Below, piece by piece: positions 1-13,322 of a stretch of 58,554 bases of DNA (the stretch's first letter is position 1; every line of letters begins with the position of its first letter). A program made the position numbers and the translations under genes. Source of the DNA: Actinomycetota bacterium (GTDB taxonomy: Bacteria > Actinomycetota > Actinomycetes > S36-B12 > UBA5976); NCBI GenBank assembly GCA_041192345.1, contig JBEEND010000005.1:1-58554 (forward strand), in the 5' to 3' direction. The notes below the pieces were generated by a model that was not told the origin of the DNA, did no database searches, and was given only the letters and a program-made list of their open reading frames with translations.

Positions 1-30
1 CGATCCTTCGGTAGATCAAGGAGTTACGGC

Positions 31-1776
31 ATGTCAAAACAAATCACAGGCGCCGAGAGCCTAGTTAAATCTCTGGAACACGCAGATGTCGAAGTAGTTT
101 TCGGTATCCCAGGTGGCGCAATCCTTCCGGTCTATGACCCATTAATGGATTCCCCAACCGTTCGTCATATTTTGGTTCGCCATGAACAAGGCGCAGGTCA
201 CGCAGCCGAAGGTTATGCCGCAGCGAGTAATCGTGTTGGCGTTTGCATGGCAACAAGTGGACCGGGCGCAACTAACTTAGTAACGCCGATCGCTGATGCG
301 CACATGGACTCAGTTCCCATGGTTGCAATTACAGGTCAAGTGCCAAGCCAGTTCATTGGCTCCGATGCATTTCAAGAAGCCGACATTCGTGGAATCACGA
401 TGCCTATTACCAAGCACAATTATTTAATTACCCGCGCTGAAGATATTCCACGCGCGATCAAAGAAGCATTTCACTTAGCAAACTCCGGTCGCCCTGGTCC
501 CGTACTTGTTGACATTACAAAAGATGCTTTACAAGCCAGAGCCGAATTTGTTTGGCCGACATCAATTGATCTGCCGGGTTACAAGCCAACAACTAAGCCA
601 CACGCCCGCCAGATAAAAGATGCGGCGCGCATGATTGTGGAATCACACCGTCCAGTTTTTTATGTCGGTGGTGGCGTAATTCGATCTAAGGCCGATAAAG
701 AACTTCGACAGCTTGCTGAATTAACGGGAATCCCAGTTGTCACAACCTTGATGGCTCGCGGCGCATTCCCAGATTCGCATGTTCAGCATATGGGTATGCC
801 AGGTATGCATGGAACTGTTGGCGCAGTTGGCGCATTGCAAAAAGCCGATCTCTTGATCGTTCTTGGAGCTCGTTTTGATGATCGAGTAACAGGCAAACTT
901 GAATCATTTTCGCCAAAATCTAAAGTTATCCACATTGATATTGATCCTGCAGAAATTGGTAAGAATCGCCATGCCGACATTCCTATCGTTGCGGATGTGC
1001 GCGAGGCCATCGCACAATTGATTCCGGCGGTAACAAGTGAGTTTGATGCGGGAAATCGCGCTGATTTAACGGCTTGGTGGATTACTTTGAATCATTGGCG
1101 CGAAACTTACCCGCTTGGGTATGACTCACCTACTGATGGCACTTTGTCACCACAATACGTAATCGAGCGTCTTGGCAAGATTTCTGGTCCAGAAACTATT
1201 TACACTGCCGGAGTTGGACAGCACCAAATGTGGGCTGCGCAATTTATCGGCTATGAATATCCAAACACTTGGCTTAACAGTGGTGGCTTAGGAACTATGG
1301 GTTATTCCATTCCAGCAGCCATGGGCGCGAAAGTTGGTTGTCCCGATAAAACTGTTTGGGCAATCGATGGTGATGGTTGTTTCCAGATGACAAATCAGGA
1401 ACTTGCAACTTGCACTATTAATGACATTCAAATCAAAGTTGCGCTGATTAATAACGCATCTCTTGGCATGGTGCGTCAGTGGCAGAACTTGTTTTACAAC
1501 GAGCGCTATAGCAATACCGATTTAAATTCCCATTCAGTTCCCGACTTCGTAAAACTTGCGGATGCGTATGGCTGCCACGGAATTCGGGTTACTAAAGCCG
1601 AAGAAGTTGATAAAGCGATCGAAAAGTCAATGGAGCTAAACGATGCTCCCGTGGTTATTGATTTCCAAGTTCATCGTGATGCCATGGTTTGGCCTATGGT
1701 CGCAGCTGGTACCGGAAATGATGAAATTCAATTTGCCCGAGACATAGCTCCAACCTGGGAACGGGGAGATGACTAG
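31..1776 (+). CDS. ilvB: Acetolactate synthase large subunit
   Basis: [28 protein letters not shown] and ThDP motif GDGCFQM; SD AAGGAG upstream; followed by ilvN and ilvC. Confidence 0.97.
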   Translation: MSKQITGAESLVKSLEHADVEVVFGIPGGAILPVYDPLMDSPTVRHILVRHEQGAGHAAEGYAAASNRVGVCMATSGPGATNLVTPIADAHMDSVPMVAITGQVPSQFIGSDAFQEADIRGITMPITKHNYLITRAEDIPRAIKEAFHLANSGRPGPVLVDITKDALQARAEFVWPTSIDLPGYKPTTKPHARQIKDAARMIVESHRPVFYVGGGVIRSKADKELRQLAELTGIPVVTTLMARGAFPDSHVQHMGMPGMHGTVGAVGALQKADLLIVLGARFDDRVTGKLESFSPKSKVIHIDIDPAEIGKNRHADIPIVADVREAIAQLIPAVTSEFDAGNRADLTAWWITLNHWRETYPLGYDSPTDGTLSPQYVIERLGKISGPETIYTAGVGQHQMWAAQFIGYEYPNTWLNSGGLGTMGYSIPAAMGAKVGCPDKTVWAIDGDGCFQMTNQELATCTINDIQIKVALINNASLGMVRQWQNLFYNERYSNTDLNSHSVPDFVKLADAYGCHGIRVTKAEEVDKAIEKSMELNDAPVVIDFQVHRDAMVWPMVAAGTGNDEIQFARDIAPTWERGDD

Positions 1777-1778
1777 TC

Positions 1779-2300
1779 ATGGCCCGTCATACTTTATCTA
1801 TTTTGGTTCAGGATCAACCTGGCGTTTTGGCTCGGATCTCGGCGTTATTTTCGCGTCGCGGTTACAACATTGAATCTTTAGCAGTAGGCACAACCGAAAC
1901 TGAAGGTGTATCACGCATGACTGTCGTGGTAAATGTGGACGACCATGCTTTGGAGCAGGTTACTAAGCAACTTAACAAACTTATAAACGTGTTAAAAATT
2001 GTCGAGCTAGATGACACCACCGCGATCTCTCGGGAATTGATGCTAATCAAAGTCAAAGCTGACGATGCATCCCGGAGCAAGGTTTTGGAATTCGTGGAGT
2101 TATTTCGGGCCAAAGTTGTTGATGTCAGCGGCGACGCTGTCACAATCGAGGCAACTGGTTCACGCGACAAGCTTGAGGCATTCCTTGATGTCCTAGCGCC
2201 TCATGGAATAAAGGAAATTGTGCAGTCAGGTGTTGTCGCATTAGCCCGCGGCAGCCGTTCAATTGCAGATCGATCCAACAAGAATCCGGACCGCACCTAG
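1779..2300 (+). CDS. ilvN: Acetolactate synthase small (regulatory ACT) subunit
   Basis: QDQPGVLARISALFSRRGYNIESLAV; 2 nt after ilvB. Confidence 0.97.
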   Translation: MARHTLSILVQDQPGVLARISALFSRRGYNIESLAVGTTETEGVSRMTVVVNVDDHALEQVTKQLNKLINVLKIVELDDTTAISRELMLIKVKADDASRSKVLEFVELFRAKVVDVSGDAVTIEATGSRDKLEAFLDVLAPHGIKEIVQSGVVALARGSRSIADRSNKNPDRT

Positions 2301-2354
2301 CCCAAATTCACACCAAGTCAAGAATCTGACAGACTAACCGAACGAGCGAAATAG

Positions 2355-3392
<1,038 letters not shown>

Positions 3393-3402
3393 TTCGTTAA
3401 AA

Positions 3403-4371
3403 ATGCGTGCGATACAGGTAGCCAGCCCGGGTGGACCAGAAGTCCTATCGGTAGCTGAGCTACCTGTTCCCGTTTGCGGACCCGACCAACTGCTAGTTGA
3501 TCTTGCCTTCAGTGGCGTGAACTTCATCGACATTTATCAACGGCAAGGTATTTACCCAATGCCAAGTCCGTATGTGCCAGGACTTGAAGGCTCTGGAATT
3601 GTCATCGAAGTTGGTAGCGCAGTCTCTGGATTCTCAGTCGGGGACCAAATTGCATGGCCATCAGTTCTAGGTAGCTACTGCGAAATTCATGCTGTTAATG
3701 CAGGCTCTGTCGTGAAAGTTCCAAAAGATGTAGCACTTGACGCCGCTTGTGCTGCGATGTTGCAAGGCATGACCGCGCATTATTTGGTCGCTTCACTTTA
3801 TGAAATCAAACCTGGCGATTTTGCGCTTGTGCACGCTGGCGCTGGCGGAGTTGGGCAGCTACTTTGCCAAATGATCTCAGCTCGTGGCGCGACTGCAATC
3901 GCAACCGTTTCAACGGATGCTAAGGCAGCTATTGCCACCAAAGCAGGCGCTCAGCACGTTATTAGATATGACAAAGACGATGTGGCCGTAGAAGTTAAGA
4001 AACTAACTGGGGGAATTGGTGTTGATGTTGTTTATGACGGTGTTGGCGCGTCAACTTTCCAAGCCAGTCTTGCCTCACTAAAGCGCCGCGGCATGATGGC
4101 ACTTTTTGGTGGCGCCAGCGGAATGGTGCCAGCTTTCGACCTGCAATCTCTAAGTCGAATGGGTTCACTATTTGTAACTCGTCCAACTTTGGCGGACTAC
4201 ATTGTCGCGCCTGGGGAAATGCAATGGCGCGCTGACGAGATTTTTTCTGCTCATAGCGCTGGCAAATTAGATTTCGCAATTGGAAAAACATATGACTTAG
4301 CGGATGCAACTTTGGCCCACAGCGACTTGGCTGCGCGCAAAACGACTGGAAAACTTCTCTTAGTTCCCTAG
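3403..4371 (+). CDS. qor: NADPH:quinone oxidoreductase (zeta-crystallin/MDR family)
   Basis: GVNFIDIYQRQG, PGLEGSG, HAGAGGVG, RKTTGKLLL; start moved to ATG 3403 to remove the overlap with ilvC. Confidence 0.88.
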   Translation: MRAIQVASPGGPEVLSVAELPVPVCGPDQLLVDLAFSGVNFIDIYQRQGIYPMPSPYVPGLEGSGIVIEVGSAVSGFSVGDQIAWPSVLGSYCEIHAVNAGSVVKVPKDVALDAACAAMLQGMTAHYLVASLYEIKPGDFALVHAGAGGVGQLLCQMISARGATAIATVSTDAKAAIATKAGAQHVIRYDKDDVAVEVKKLTGGIGVDVVYDGVGASTFQASLASLKRRGMMALFGGASGMVPAFDLQSLSRMGSLFVTRPTLADYIVAPGEMQWRADEIFSAHSAGKLDFAIGKTYDLADATLAHSDLAARKTTGKLLLVP

Positions 4372-4430
4372 TCCATGAACCGTGACTTCTTGGCTTTTTT
4401 CGGTCTTAAATTTCAAGATAGGCTTGCGAT

Positions 4431-5501
4431 ATGCCAGCAGCATTAGTCACCGGGACTTTCAATCCGCCGCATATGGGTCACGTAAAACTCATCAAAGCAG
4501 CGATTGAAAAGCGTGACCATGTCGTTGTTGTTGTACTGGCTCAGCCGCATGATCGCTTAGCCGCCCACGATAGAGCTCGAGCGTTATTGCAAGACTGCGT
4601 CGCTGAAGGCGTTGTCGAATCTGCTATGACGATTGTTCATGGCTATGAATCCACTCCTTATAAACCAGATAATCCTGATGTTGCTAAGTCAAATGCTCGA
4701 GTCATCGAAGCACATTTACGCCATACCCCGCCCGTTGACCTGCTGGTAACTTCAGAAATTAACGGTGAGCAATTTGCTCAACTATTGGGACTGCATAGTT
4801 TTAGCTTTGATCCAGAGCGCACCCAAGTGCCAGTTTCATCAACTCAGATTCGTGATGGTCTTGCGAAAAACTGGCACTTACTTGGTCCGGGATCACGCGA
4901 ACTGCTCGCGATACGAGCAGTGTTTATTGGCGCAGAATCAACTGGTACGACAACAACTACTTTGGCGGTGAAGGCCGAGTTAATAAAGCGCGGCGGAAAC
5001 TTCACCAGCACGAATTGGATTCGAGAGTATGGTCGCGACTTGACTATGCGAAAAGCCGAACAAGCTGAGGCCATGGGACTACCAGAATATGAAGTCCCTT
5101 GGACAACAAATGACTTTGTAGAAATTGCAATCGTGCAACAGCAACTTGAAGACGTCGCAGCTCGAACTGGTGGACCAGTAGTTTGTTGCGATACCGATGT
5201 GTTTGCAACAATCATTTGGGAACGGCGTTATCTTGGCGGAAAAGCTTCACTTCCAATGCCGGCAGACTCGCAGAATCGCATCTATTTTGTAACGCAACCT
5301 GATGGTGTGCCTTTCGTTCAGGACAAGATTCGAAATTCGGAAGGGCTGAGAGAAACTATGACCCGGGAATTTGAAGATGATTTGATCAGCACTGGCCGTT
5401 CGTGGATGGCGCTCGATGGCAGTGTTGAAACAAGAGTGGCAATTGCGCTAGATGCAATTGATGCTGCCATGGCACAAGCTTTTGATTTTCATACACACTA
5501 A
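4431..5501 (+). CDS. NadR-like two-domain protein (HxGH nucleotidyltransferase plus P-loop ribosylnicotinamide-kinase-like domain), no HTH
   Basis: GTFNPPHMGH, PVSSTQIR, GAESTGTTT, EYGR, CDTD, VPFVQDKIR; TAGGCT 6 nt before ATG. Confidence 0.8.
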   Translation: MPAALVTGTFNPPHMGHVKLIKAAIEKRDHVVVVVLAQPHDRLAAHDRARALLQDCVAEGVVESAMTIVHGYESTPYKPDNPDVAKSNARVIEAHLRHTPPVDLLVTSEINGEQFAQLLGLHSFSFDPERTQVPVSSTQIRDGLAKNWHLLGPGSRELLAIRAVFIGAESTGTTTTTLAVKAELIKRGGNFTSTNWIREYGRDLTMRKAEQAEAMGLPEYEVPWTTNDFVEIAIVQQQLEDVAARTGGPVVCCDTDVFATIIWERRYLGGKASLPMPADSQNRIYFVTQPDGVPFVQDKIRNSEGLRETMTREFEDDLISTGRSWMALDGSVETRVAIALDAIDAAMAQAFDFHTH

Positions 5502-5551
5502 ATCCAAGATTCATTACTTTTTCGTAAGCCCCACGCTCTAAACTCGTAGAC

Positions 5552-6589
5552 ATGCGTTCTGTAAAAACTATTCATGTTGTCAGTTGTCATGCCGAAGGTG
5601 AAGTCGGCGATGTAATCGTTGGTGGAGTAAATCCACCGCCAGGGGAAACGCTTTATGAGCAATCTAGATTTATTGCCTCTGACAATGAACTTAGACAGTT
5701 CGTTTTAAACGAACCACGGGGTGGCGTATTTCGCCATGTAAACATGTTGGTTCCGCCAAAAGATCCAAGAGCTGCGGTTGGATTCATAATTATGGAGCCA
5801 GAAGACACTCCCTTGATGTCGGGTTCAAACTCAATGTGTGTTGCCACGGTTGTTTTGGAAACAGGTATTGTTCCAATGATTGAGCCAGAAACTCATTTCT
5901 TTATGGAGGCGCCCGCTGGTCTAGTTGAAGTTTTTGCAACTTGTAAAGATGGCAAGGCTCTGCAAATTAAAGTTCACAATGTCCCATCATTTGCAGCCAC
6001 CCTTGATACCAAACTAGAAGTTGCAGGTTTAGGAACTTTAACCGTGGACACTGCCTGGGGCGGCGATTCTTTTGTAATTGTGAATGCAAAAGAACTTGGA
6101 TTTAGCTTAGATCCCAGTGAAGCCCGCGACCTGGCTGTTATGGGTATTGGAATTACTAAAGCAGCAAATGAACAACTCACTTTTAAGCATCCAATCATCG
6201 ATGGCTGGTCCCACTTTTCATTTTGCCAACTTGCTATGCCAGTTTTTGAAGAAAATGGCATGCTCATCAGCCATAATGCCGTTGCAGTGCAACCGGGCAA
6301 GATCGATCGCTCACCGACTGGAACTGGGGTTTCTGCACGGATGGCAGTTTTGCACGCCCGAGGTGTAATGAAACTTGGCGATAGGTTGCGGGGCCGTTCC
6401 ATAATTGGCTCTCACTTCGAAGGACGCATTGAACAGGAAGTAATGATTGGGGATAAGCCGGGAATTATCCCCTCGATTGCTGGCCAAGCTTGGCTAACTG
6501 GAACTCATCAACACATGCTTGATCCAACTGACCCTTATCCGCTTGGTTACATTGTTAGCGATACTTGGCCGCGTATTGGAAAAGATTAA
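5552..6589 (+). CDS. Proline racemase-family protein with Ser/Thr active site, probable trans-3-hydroxy-L-proline dehydratase
   Basis: HAEGE, MSGSN (replacing MCGH), [13 protein letters not shown] (replacing DRSPCGTG). Confidence 0.85.
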   Translation: MRSVKTIHVVSCHAEGEVGDVIVGGVNPPPGETLYEQSRFIASDNELRQFVLNEPRGGVFRHVNMLVPPKDPRAAVGFIIMEPEDTPLMSGSNSMCVATVVLETGIVPMIEPETHFFMEAPAGLVEVFATCKDGKALQIKVHNVPSFAATLDTKLEVAGLGTLTVDTAWGGDSFVIVNAKELGFSLDPSEARDLAVMGIGITKAANEQLTFKHPIIDGWSHFSFCQLAMPVFEENGMLISHNAVAVQPGKIDRSPTGTGVSARMAVLHARGVMKLGDRLRGRSIIGSHFEGRIEQEVMIGDKPGIIPSIAGQAWLTGTHQHMLDPTDPYPLGYIVSDTWPRIGKD

Positions 6590-6597
6590 TTCCAAAA

Positions 6598-7803
6598 ATG
6601 CAAGAAACCCCAAATGTTGCCCACTTAGATTTTTCGGAGACTGGATTTTCAATCCGCTCTGATCAAGTTATGCAGGCCCGAGAGCAGCATTGGTATGCAA
6701 CCACGAATTTCGGAATTGCAATTTTGCGATACGAAGATTCCAACGCATTACTAAAGGACAAACGGCTTTATCAAGGAACTCGCAGGTGGCCCTCACACTT
6801 TGGCATCAAAGAAGGCTTGCTTGCTAAGTGGTGGCCCGACATTATGCTCAGCATCGAAGGCGAAGATCACCTTCGGCTTCGTAAACTTTCTGGACCAGCA
6901 TTTTCACCAAAAGTTCTTGAACCACTGATCCCCACTTTTTCAGAACTTGCTCATGAATTGATAGATGGATTTTGTGAGCGTGGCACCGCAGAGTTTATGA
7001 GCGAGTTTGCCGAAGCATATTCAGCTCGAGTAATAACGGGCCTTCTCGGTATTGATAAATCCAGGTGGCGAGATGTTGCAGATCTTGCAACTGAACTTGG
7101 GTATGTCTTTAGCGTCACGATCAAAGATGACCTAGACGTTATCGAGCATGGCTTGTCTGGACTTTTAGAAATCTCTAAGACTCTAATAGAAAGCCGGCTA
7201 GGCACTGACGGCGAGGATTTTGTCGGGGCGCTAATCAGGGCAAATTCAGATGGCCAGAAGATAACCGATCATGAGTTATTGATGTTGGTGAGCTTCATTA
7301 TTTTTGCTGGCTTTGATACCACGCGAAATCAACTCGGACTCGGTTTGCAAACTTTTGCTAGCCACATGGATCAGTGGCAAAGCTTGGGTAATAATCCAGA
7401 CTTAGCTCGAAGCGCAGTTGAAGAAGTCATGCGCGTTAACCCAACAATTACTTGGGTTAGTCGAGAGGCCTGCGTTGATGTTGAATACAAAGACCTGTTA
7501 ATACCGCAAGGTAAGACCATCCACTTGCTAACAATTCCTTCTGGCAGCGATCCGCGTCGTTTTGAAAAAATAGAATTCGATATCACCGCCCAGAGACCAC
7601 CTCACTTTGGGTTCGGTGGCGGCATGCATCACTGCTTAGGGCACTATGTGGCTCGCCTTGATATGGCTGAAGCTTATAAAGCACTTGCCAAACGAATCCC
7701 AGACTTTGAGATCCTGACGGGCGCCTCTTATCTTCCAGATAGCGGAAACACTGGTCCCATTGAACTGCCAATAAAGTTCACACCTTCACTGCGCAGGTCA
7801 TAA
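6598..7803 (+). CDS. Cytochrome P450
   Basis: I-helix AGFDTT, EEVMR (ExxR), haem motif FGGGMHHCLG; ATG 6598 lies 8 nt after the upstream stop. Confidence 0.95.
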   Translation: MQETPNVAHLDFSETGFSIRSDQVMQAREQHWYATTNFGIAILRYEDSNALLKDKRLYQGTRRWPSHFGIKEGLLAKWWPDIMLSIEGEDHLRLRKLSGPAFSPKVLEPLIPTFSELAHELIDGFCERGTAEFMSEFAEAYSARVITGLLGIDKSRWRDVADLATELGYVFSVTIKDDLDVIEHGLSGLLEISKTLIESRLGTDGEDFVGALIRANSDGQKITDHELLMLVSFIIFAGFDTTRNQLGLGLQTFASHMDQWQSLGNNPDLARSAVEEVMRVNPTITWVSREACVDVEYKDLLIPQGKTIHLLTIPSGSDPRRFEKIEFDITAQRPPHFGFGGGMHHCLGHYVARLDMAEAYKALAKRIPDFEILTGASYLPDSGNTGPIELPIKFTPSLRRS

Positions 7804-8453
7804 TGCCCGAGAAACCTAAATCTCCACCAAAATTGAAATCCATAAAGTCCATTCAGGCTTATCTTGCAACGCAGGATAAGCGACTAGGAAGATTCTTGGA
7901 GAACGCTCCGCTTTATCCAGTTGCAAAAGAACCAGCACATAACTCTCACTTCGAGACGATAATTTTTGCAGTTATTGGCCAACAAGTTTCTGGCAAAGCA
8001 GCGGATACCATAACCCATCGGTTAATAGCTAAAAGTGGTTCTCCAGTAAAGCCAGCAAAACTTCTAAAACTTGGTCACTTGCAACTGCGCGAAGCCGGAT
8101 TAAGCAATGCAAAAGCGCGAACTATTCTCGAGTTGAGTCAGGCAGTTGTTGAGGGCTTTGATTTAGAGTCAGTAGGCGAATTGCCAGACGATGAAGTGGT
8201 CAAGGCACTTACGCAATTCTGGGGCATAGGTCGTTGGACCGTAGAAATGTTCATGATGTTTCGCCTAGGGCGTATGGATGTTTGGCCCATTGGGGATTTA
8301 GGTGTCAGGCGTGGTTGGGGAATTATTCAGGGGCTTGGCTACACCCCAACTGAAAAAGAAGTAATCGGTGTTACTGATCACTTATCGCCATATAGAAGTG
8401 TGGTGGCTTGGCATTGTTGGCGAGCCACCGATGAAGAACCAGACTTCTGGTAG
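7803..8453 (+). CDS. DNA-3-methyladenine glycosylase II-like (HhH-GPD family)
   Basis: IGQQVS, HhH LTQFWGIGRWTVEMF, GDLGVRRG, SPYRS; TAATG coupling to P450. Confidence 0.88.
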   Translation: MPEKPKSPPKLKSIKSIQAYLATQDKRLGRFLENAPLYPVAKEPAHNSHFETIIFAVIGQQVSGKAADTITHRLIAKSGSPVKPAKLLKLGHLQLREAGLSNAKARTILELSQAVVEGFDLESVGELPDDEVVKALTQFWGIGRWTVEMFMMFRLGRMDVWPIGDLGVRRGWGIIQGLGYTPTEKEVIGVTDHLSPYRSVVAWHCWRATDEEPDFW

Positions 8454-8509
8454 TTGTGGCTGCGAAATCTTTGCAGATCAATTTCTTTGGAGTCACTTAG
8501 AATCAAGTT

Positions 8510-9472
8510 ATGTCAAAACCAATTGTTCTTATTGCTGAAGAGTTATCCCCTGCAACAATCGCAGTTCTTGGTGACGGTTTTGAAATTCGCTATTGTGATG
8601 GCGCGAATCAGGATGAATTACTTCCGGCCCTTGCCCAAGCGAATGCTGTTCTGATTCGCTCTGCAACGAAGTTAGACGCGCAAGCAATCGCCGCTGCGCC
8701 AAATCTCAAGATCATCGCTCGCGCGGGAGTTGGACTGGACAATGTTGATATTCCAGCTGCCACCAGCGCTGGCGTACTGGTTGTTAATGCACCAACGAGC
8801 AATATTGTTTCTGCAGCAGAGTTAGCAGTTGCATTGCTTTTGGCAGTTGCCCGAAACGTTGTGCCAGCAAATCTGGCATTGCGCGAGGGTAAGTGGAAAC
8901 GTTCCCAATTTGGGGGAGTAGAACTACAGGGTAAAACTGTTGGCATCATCGGGATGGGCAAAATTGGCTTACTTGTTGCCCAACGACTAGCTGGCTTTGA
9001 CATGAAGTTTGTTGCTTACGATCCTTATGTGAAAGTTGCTCCAAGCGGTGGACCCTCGATCACGATGGTTCCCTTGGATGAACTATTAGGTCAATCTGAC
9101 TTTGTAACCATTCACATCCCAAAGACTCCAGAGACTTCGGGCCTGATTAACGCAGCCGCACTTTCAAAAATGAAGCCATCGGCGTTTTTAATTAATGCTG
9201 CCCGCGGCGGCGTGCTTGATGAAGCAGATTTATTTCAGGCATTGCAGGCAGGAAAGATTGCTGGCGCGGGTCTGGATGTTTATGCAACGGAGCCATGCAC
9301 CGTTTCACCGTTATTTGCACTGGACAACGTAGTTGCAACTCCGCATCTTGGGGCCTCCACAGAAGAAGCCCAAGAAAAAGCTGGAATTGCTGTTGCCGAA
9401 TCAGTAGTCGAAGCGTTTGCTGGCCGAGAAGTTCCGGGCGCAGTAAACGCTAGTGAAGTTTCAACTAACTAG
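8510..9472 (+). CDS. serA: D-3-phosphoglycerate dehydrogenase, short form without ASB/ACT domains
   Basis: RAGVGLDNVD, NAPTSN, GMGKIG, NAARGG, DVYATEP, TPHLGAST; ilvC-serA-leuB synteny; only 320 aa. Confidence 0.85.
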   Translation: MSKPIVLIAEELSPATIAVLGDGFEIRYCDGANQDELLPALAQANAVLIRSATKLDAQAIAAAPNLKIIARAGVGLDNVDIPAATSAGVLVVNAPTSNIVSAAELAVALLLAVARNVVPANLALREGKWKRSQFGGVELQGKTVGIIGMGKIGLLVAQRLAGFDMKFVAYDPYVKVAPSGGPSITMVPLDELLGQSDFVTIHIPKTPETSGLINAAALSKMKPSAFLINAARGGVLDEADLFQALQAGKIAGAGLDVYATEPCTVSPLFALDNVVATPHLGASTEEAQEKAGIAVAESVVEAFAGREVPGAVNASEVSTN

Positions 9473-10694
9473 TTAAACCCTCACGAAATAGCGCAACCAT
9501 CTGATCAATTTCATCTGCGCTCGTGGTTAGCGGCGGCGCTACTTGCATTGCGCCACCCCAGATAGCGCGGGAAATTACTCCCACATCGCGACACTTGGCA
9601 TACATTGCTGGCGCCATGGCTGGATCTGCCATTTGGATACCGCCGAGGAAGCCAACGCCAGTTCGAACTTCGCTTACAACATCTATGTCTTCCAAAGTGC
9701 GAAGCGCAGTGGCGAACTTGTCTTCAAGTTTGGCCACATGTGATGGAAGTTGCTCGCGCATCATGATGTTGATGTTTGCAATGCCAGCAGCAGCTGCGGT
9801 GGCATGACCACCATATGTGTATCCATGACGAAATACGCCAGCTGTTTCTGAGTAAAACGCTTCCCAAACCGATGGCGCTGCAATAACTGCGCCCATTGGT
9901 GCATATCCCGAAGTTAATCCTTTTGCGACGGCGATTAGATCAGGCTGTAAGCCATAACGCGTTGAGGCAAACCAGTCGCCACAGCGACCAAAGCCATTTA
10001 TGACTTCATCAGCCACAAACAAAATGTTTCGTTCCGCACACGCCTTGCGAACAGTTTGAAGATAAAGATCAGGTGGGATCCGAACGCCACCAGCGCCTTG
10101 AATTGGCTCGCAGAAAAAAGCTGCAATGTTATCTTCGCCAATGCGATCGATTGTTGCGATCATTTCTTCGGCATCATCCCAGGGAACTTGAACTACATCT
10201 TCAACTAATTCTGAGTAACCGTCATTGTTTGGTCCGATGCCGGCAATTGATGTGCCACCTGCGTGCATACCGTGGTAACCGTTTTCGCGGAAAACGATCA
10301 CTTTCTTACTTGGCTTACCTTGCAGTGTCCAATAGCGACGTGACATCTTGAGCGCAGTATCAATACTGTCACTACCACCTGATGTGAAAAATATTTTAGA
10401 GTCTGGAACTGGAGAAATTGAAGCTACTAAATCTGCTAACTCAATGGTGGGAGCAGTAGTGCACTCGCCAAATGAGGAGTATGAGGCAATGTTGCTTGCC
10501 TGCGCCGCCATTGCTTCGCCGATTTCTTTTCGGCCATGGCCAACGTTCATGTACCAAAGTGCGCCGGCAGCATCGAAATACTTTTTGCCCTTTTCATCCC
10601 AAACCCAAGAGCCTTCACCTTTAGTCATAACAAGTGGACCATTCTTGGAAATTGCATGCATGTCGGCAAAGCCATGCCAGAAAGCGTTAGCCAT
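9465..10694 (-). CDS. Class III PLP aminotransferase (omega-amine/putrescine:pyruvate transaminase-like)
   Basis: FTSGGSDS, YHG, EPIQGAGG, DEVINGFGR, AKGLTSGY, HGYTYGGH; SD AAAGGAG before ATG 10694. Confidence 0.9.
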   Translation of the reverse strand: MANAFWHGFADMHAISKNGPLVMTKGEGSWVWDEKGKKYFDAAGALWYMNVGHGRKEIGEAMAAQASNIASYSSFGECTTAPTIELADLVASISPVPDSKIFFTSGGSDSIDTALKMSRRYWTLQGKPSKKVIVFRENGYHGMHAGGTSIAGIGPNNDGYSELVEDVVQVPWDDAEEMIATIDRIGEDNIAAFFCEPIQGAGGVRIPPDLYLQTVRKACAERNILFVADEVINGFGRCGDWFASTRYGLQPDLIAVAKGLTSGYAPMGAVIAAPSVWEAFYSETAGVFRHGYTYGGHATAAAAGIANINIMMREQLPSHVAKLEDKFATALRTLEDIDVVSEVRTGVGFLGGIQMADPAMAPAMYAKCRDVGVISRAIWGGAMQVAPPLTTSADEIDQMVALFREGLTS

Positions 10695-10740
10695 ATTCAC
10701 TCCTTTTAGGTGACTCCAGACTACCGATTGAAACAGGGCT

Positions 10741-10758
10741 TGTGGCATAGTTGCCACA
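10741..10758. promoter_or_regulatory. Perfect 7-bp inverted repeat TGTGGCA-N4-TGCCACA in a divergent intergenic region (candidate operator)
   Basis: Read directly; its last base is the A of the GNAT ATG. Confidence 0.4.
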
Positions 10759-11312
10759 TGATTTCTTGGCCAGTAAGCGAGCCCGTTTTGGTGGACCAGA
10801 CTTTAATGCTTAGGCCGTGGGATATCCAAGATGCCGGGCACGTTTCGCAGATATGCCAGGATCCTGCAATTCAAGAATTCACCACGGTGCCGCTGCCATA
10901 TACCCGCGAGATTGCAGATTTTTGGATTAAGTCCAGAACTAAGAGCTACCAGGATCGCAACGCGATTTCTTTAGCTGGCATTCGAAACGGCGAATTAGTT
11001 TTGTCCGTTAGTTTGCACAACATAAAGGAATTCGATCACGTCGGTGAGATTGGCTATTGGGTAAGCCCAGCTGCCAGAGGCGAGGGGCTTGCCGCACATG
11101 CTGTTGAGATGTTAACTAATTTCGCTTTTGGAATTGGATTTCGAAGAGTGAGCGCACTGACTTTGCCCGAGAACAGCGCCTCGCAAAAAACCTTGGTTAA
11201 GGCAGGATTTGAGATGGAAACTCTGTTGCGTGATGCCATGACAAAACGCGATGGATCTCAGACTAACTCTGTTATTTTTTCTAAATTTCCAAATGTGAAA
11301 ATCGAAGAATAG
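10758..11312 (+). CDS. GNAT N-acetyltransferase, RimJ/RimL family
   Basis: LRPW, EIGYWVSPAARGEGLA, ENSASQKTLVKAGF. Confidence 0.88.
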   Translation: MISWPVSEPVLVDQTLMLRPWDIQDAGHVSQICQDPAIQEFTTVPLPYTREIADFWIKSRTKSYQDRNAISLAGIRNGELVLSVSLHNIKEFDHVGEIGYWVSPAARGEGLAAHAVEMLTNFAFGIGFRRVSALTLPENSASQKTLVKAGFEMETLLRDAMTKRDGSQTNSVIFSKFPNVKIEE

Positions 11313-11329
11313 GAATTTTTTCGCAGAGA

Positions 11330-13322
<1,993 letters not shown>

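Noticed and set aside
5552-6589. True proline racemase or 4-hydroxyproline epimerase
   Set aside because: Both catalytic Cys positions are Ser and Thr
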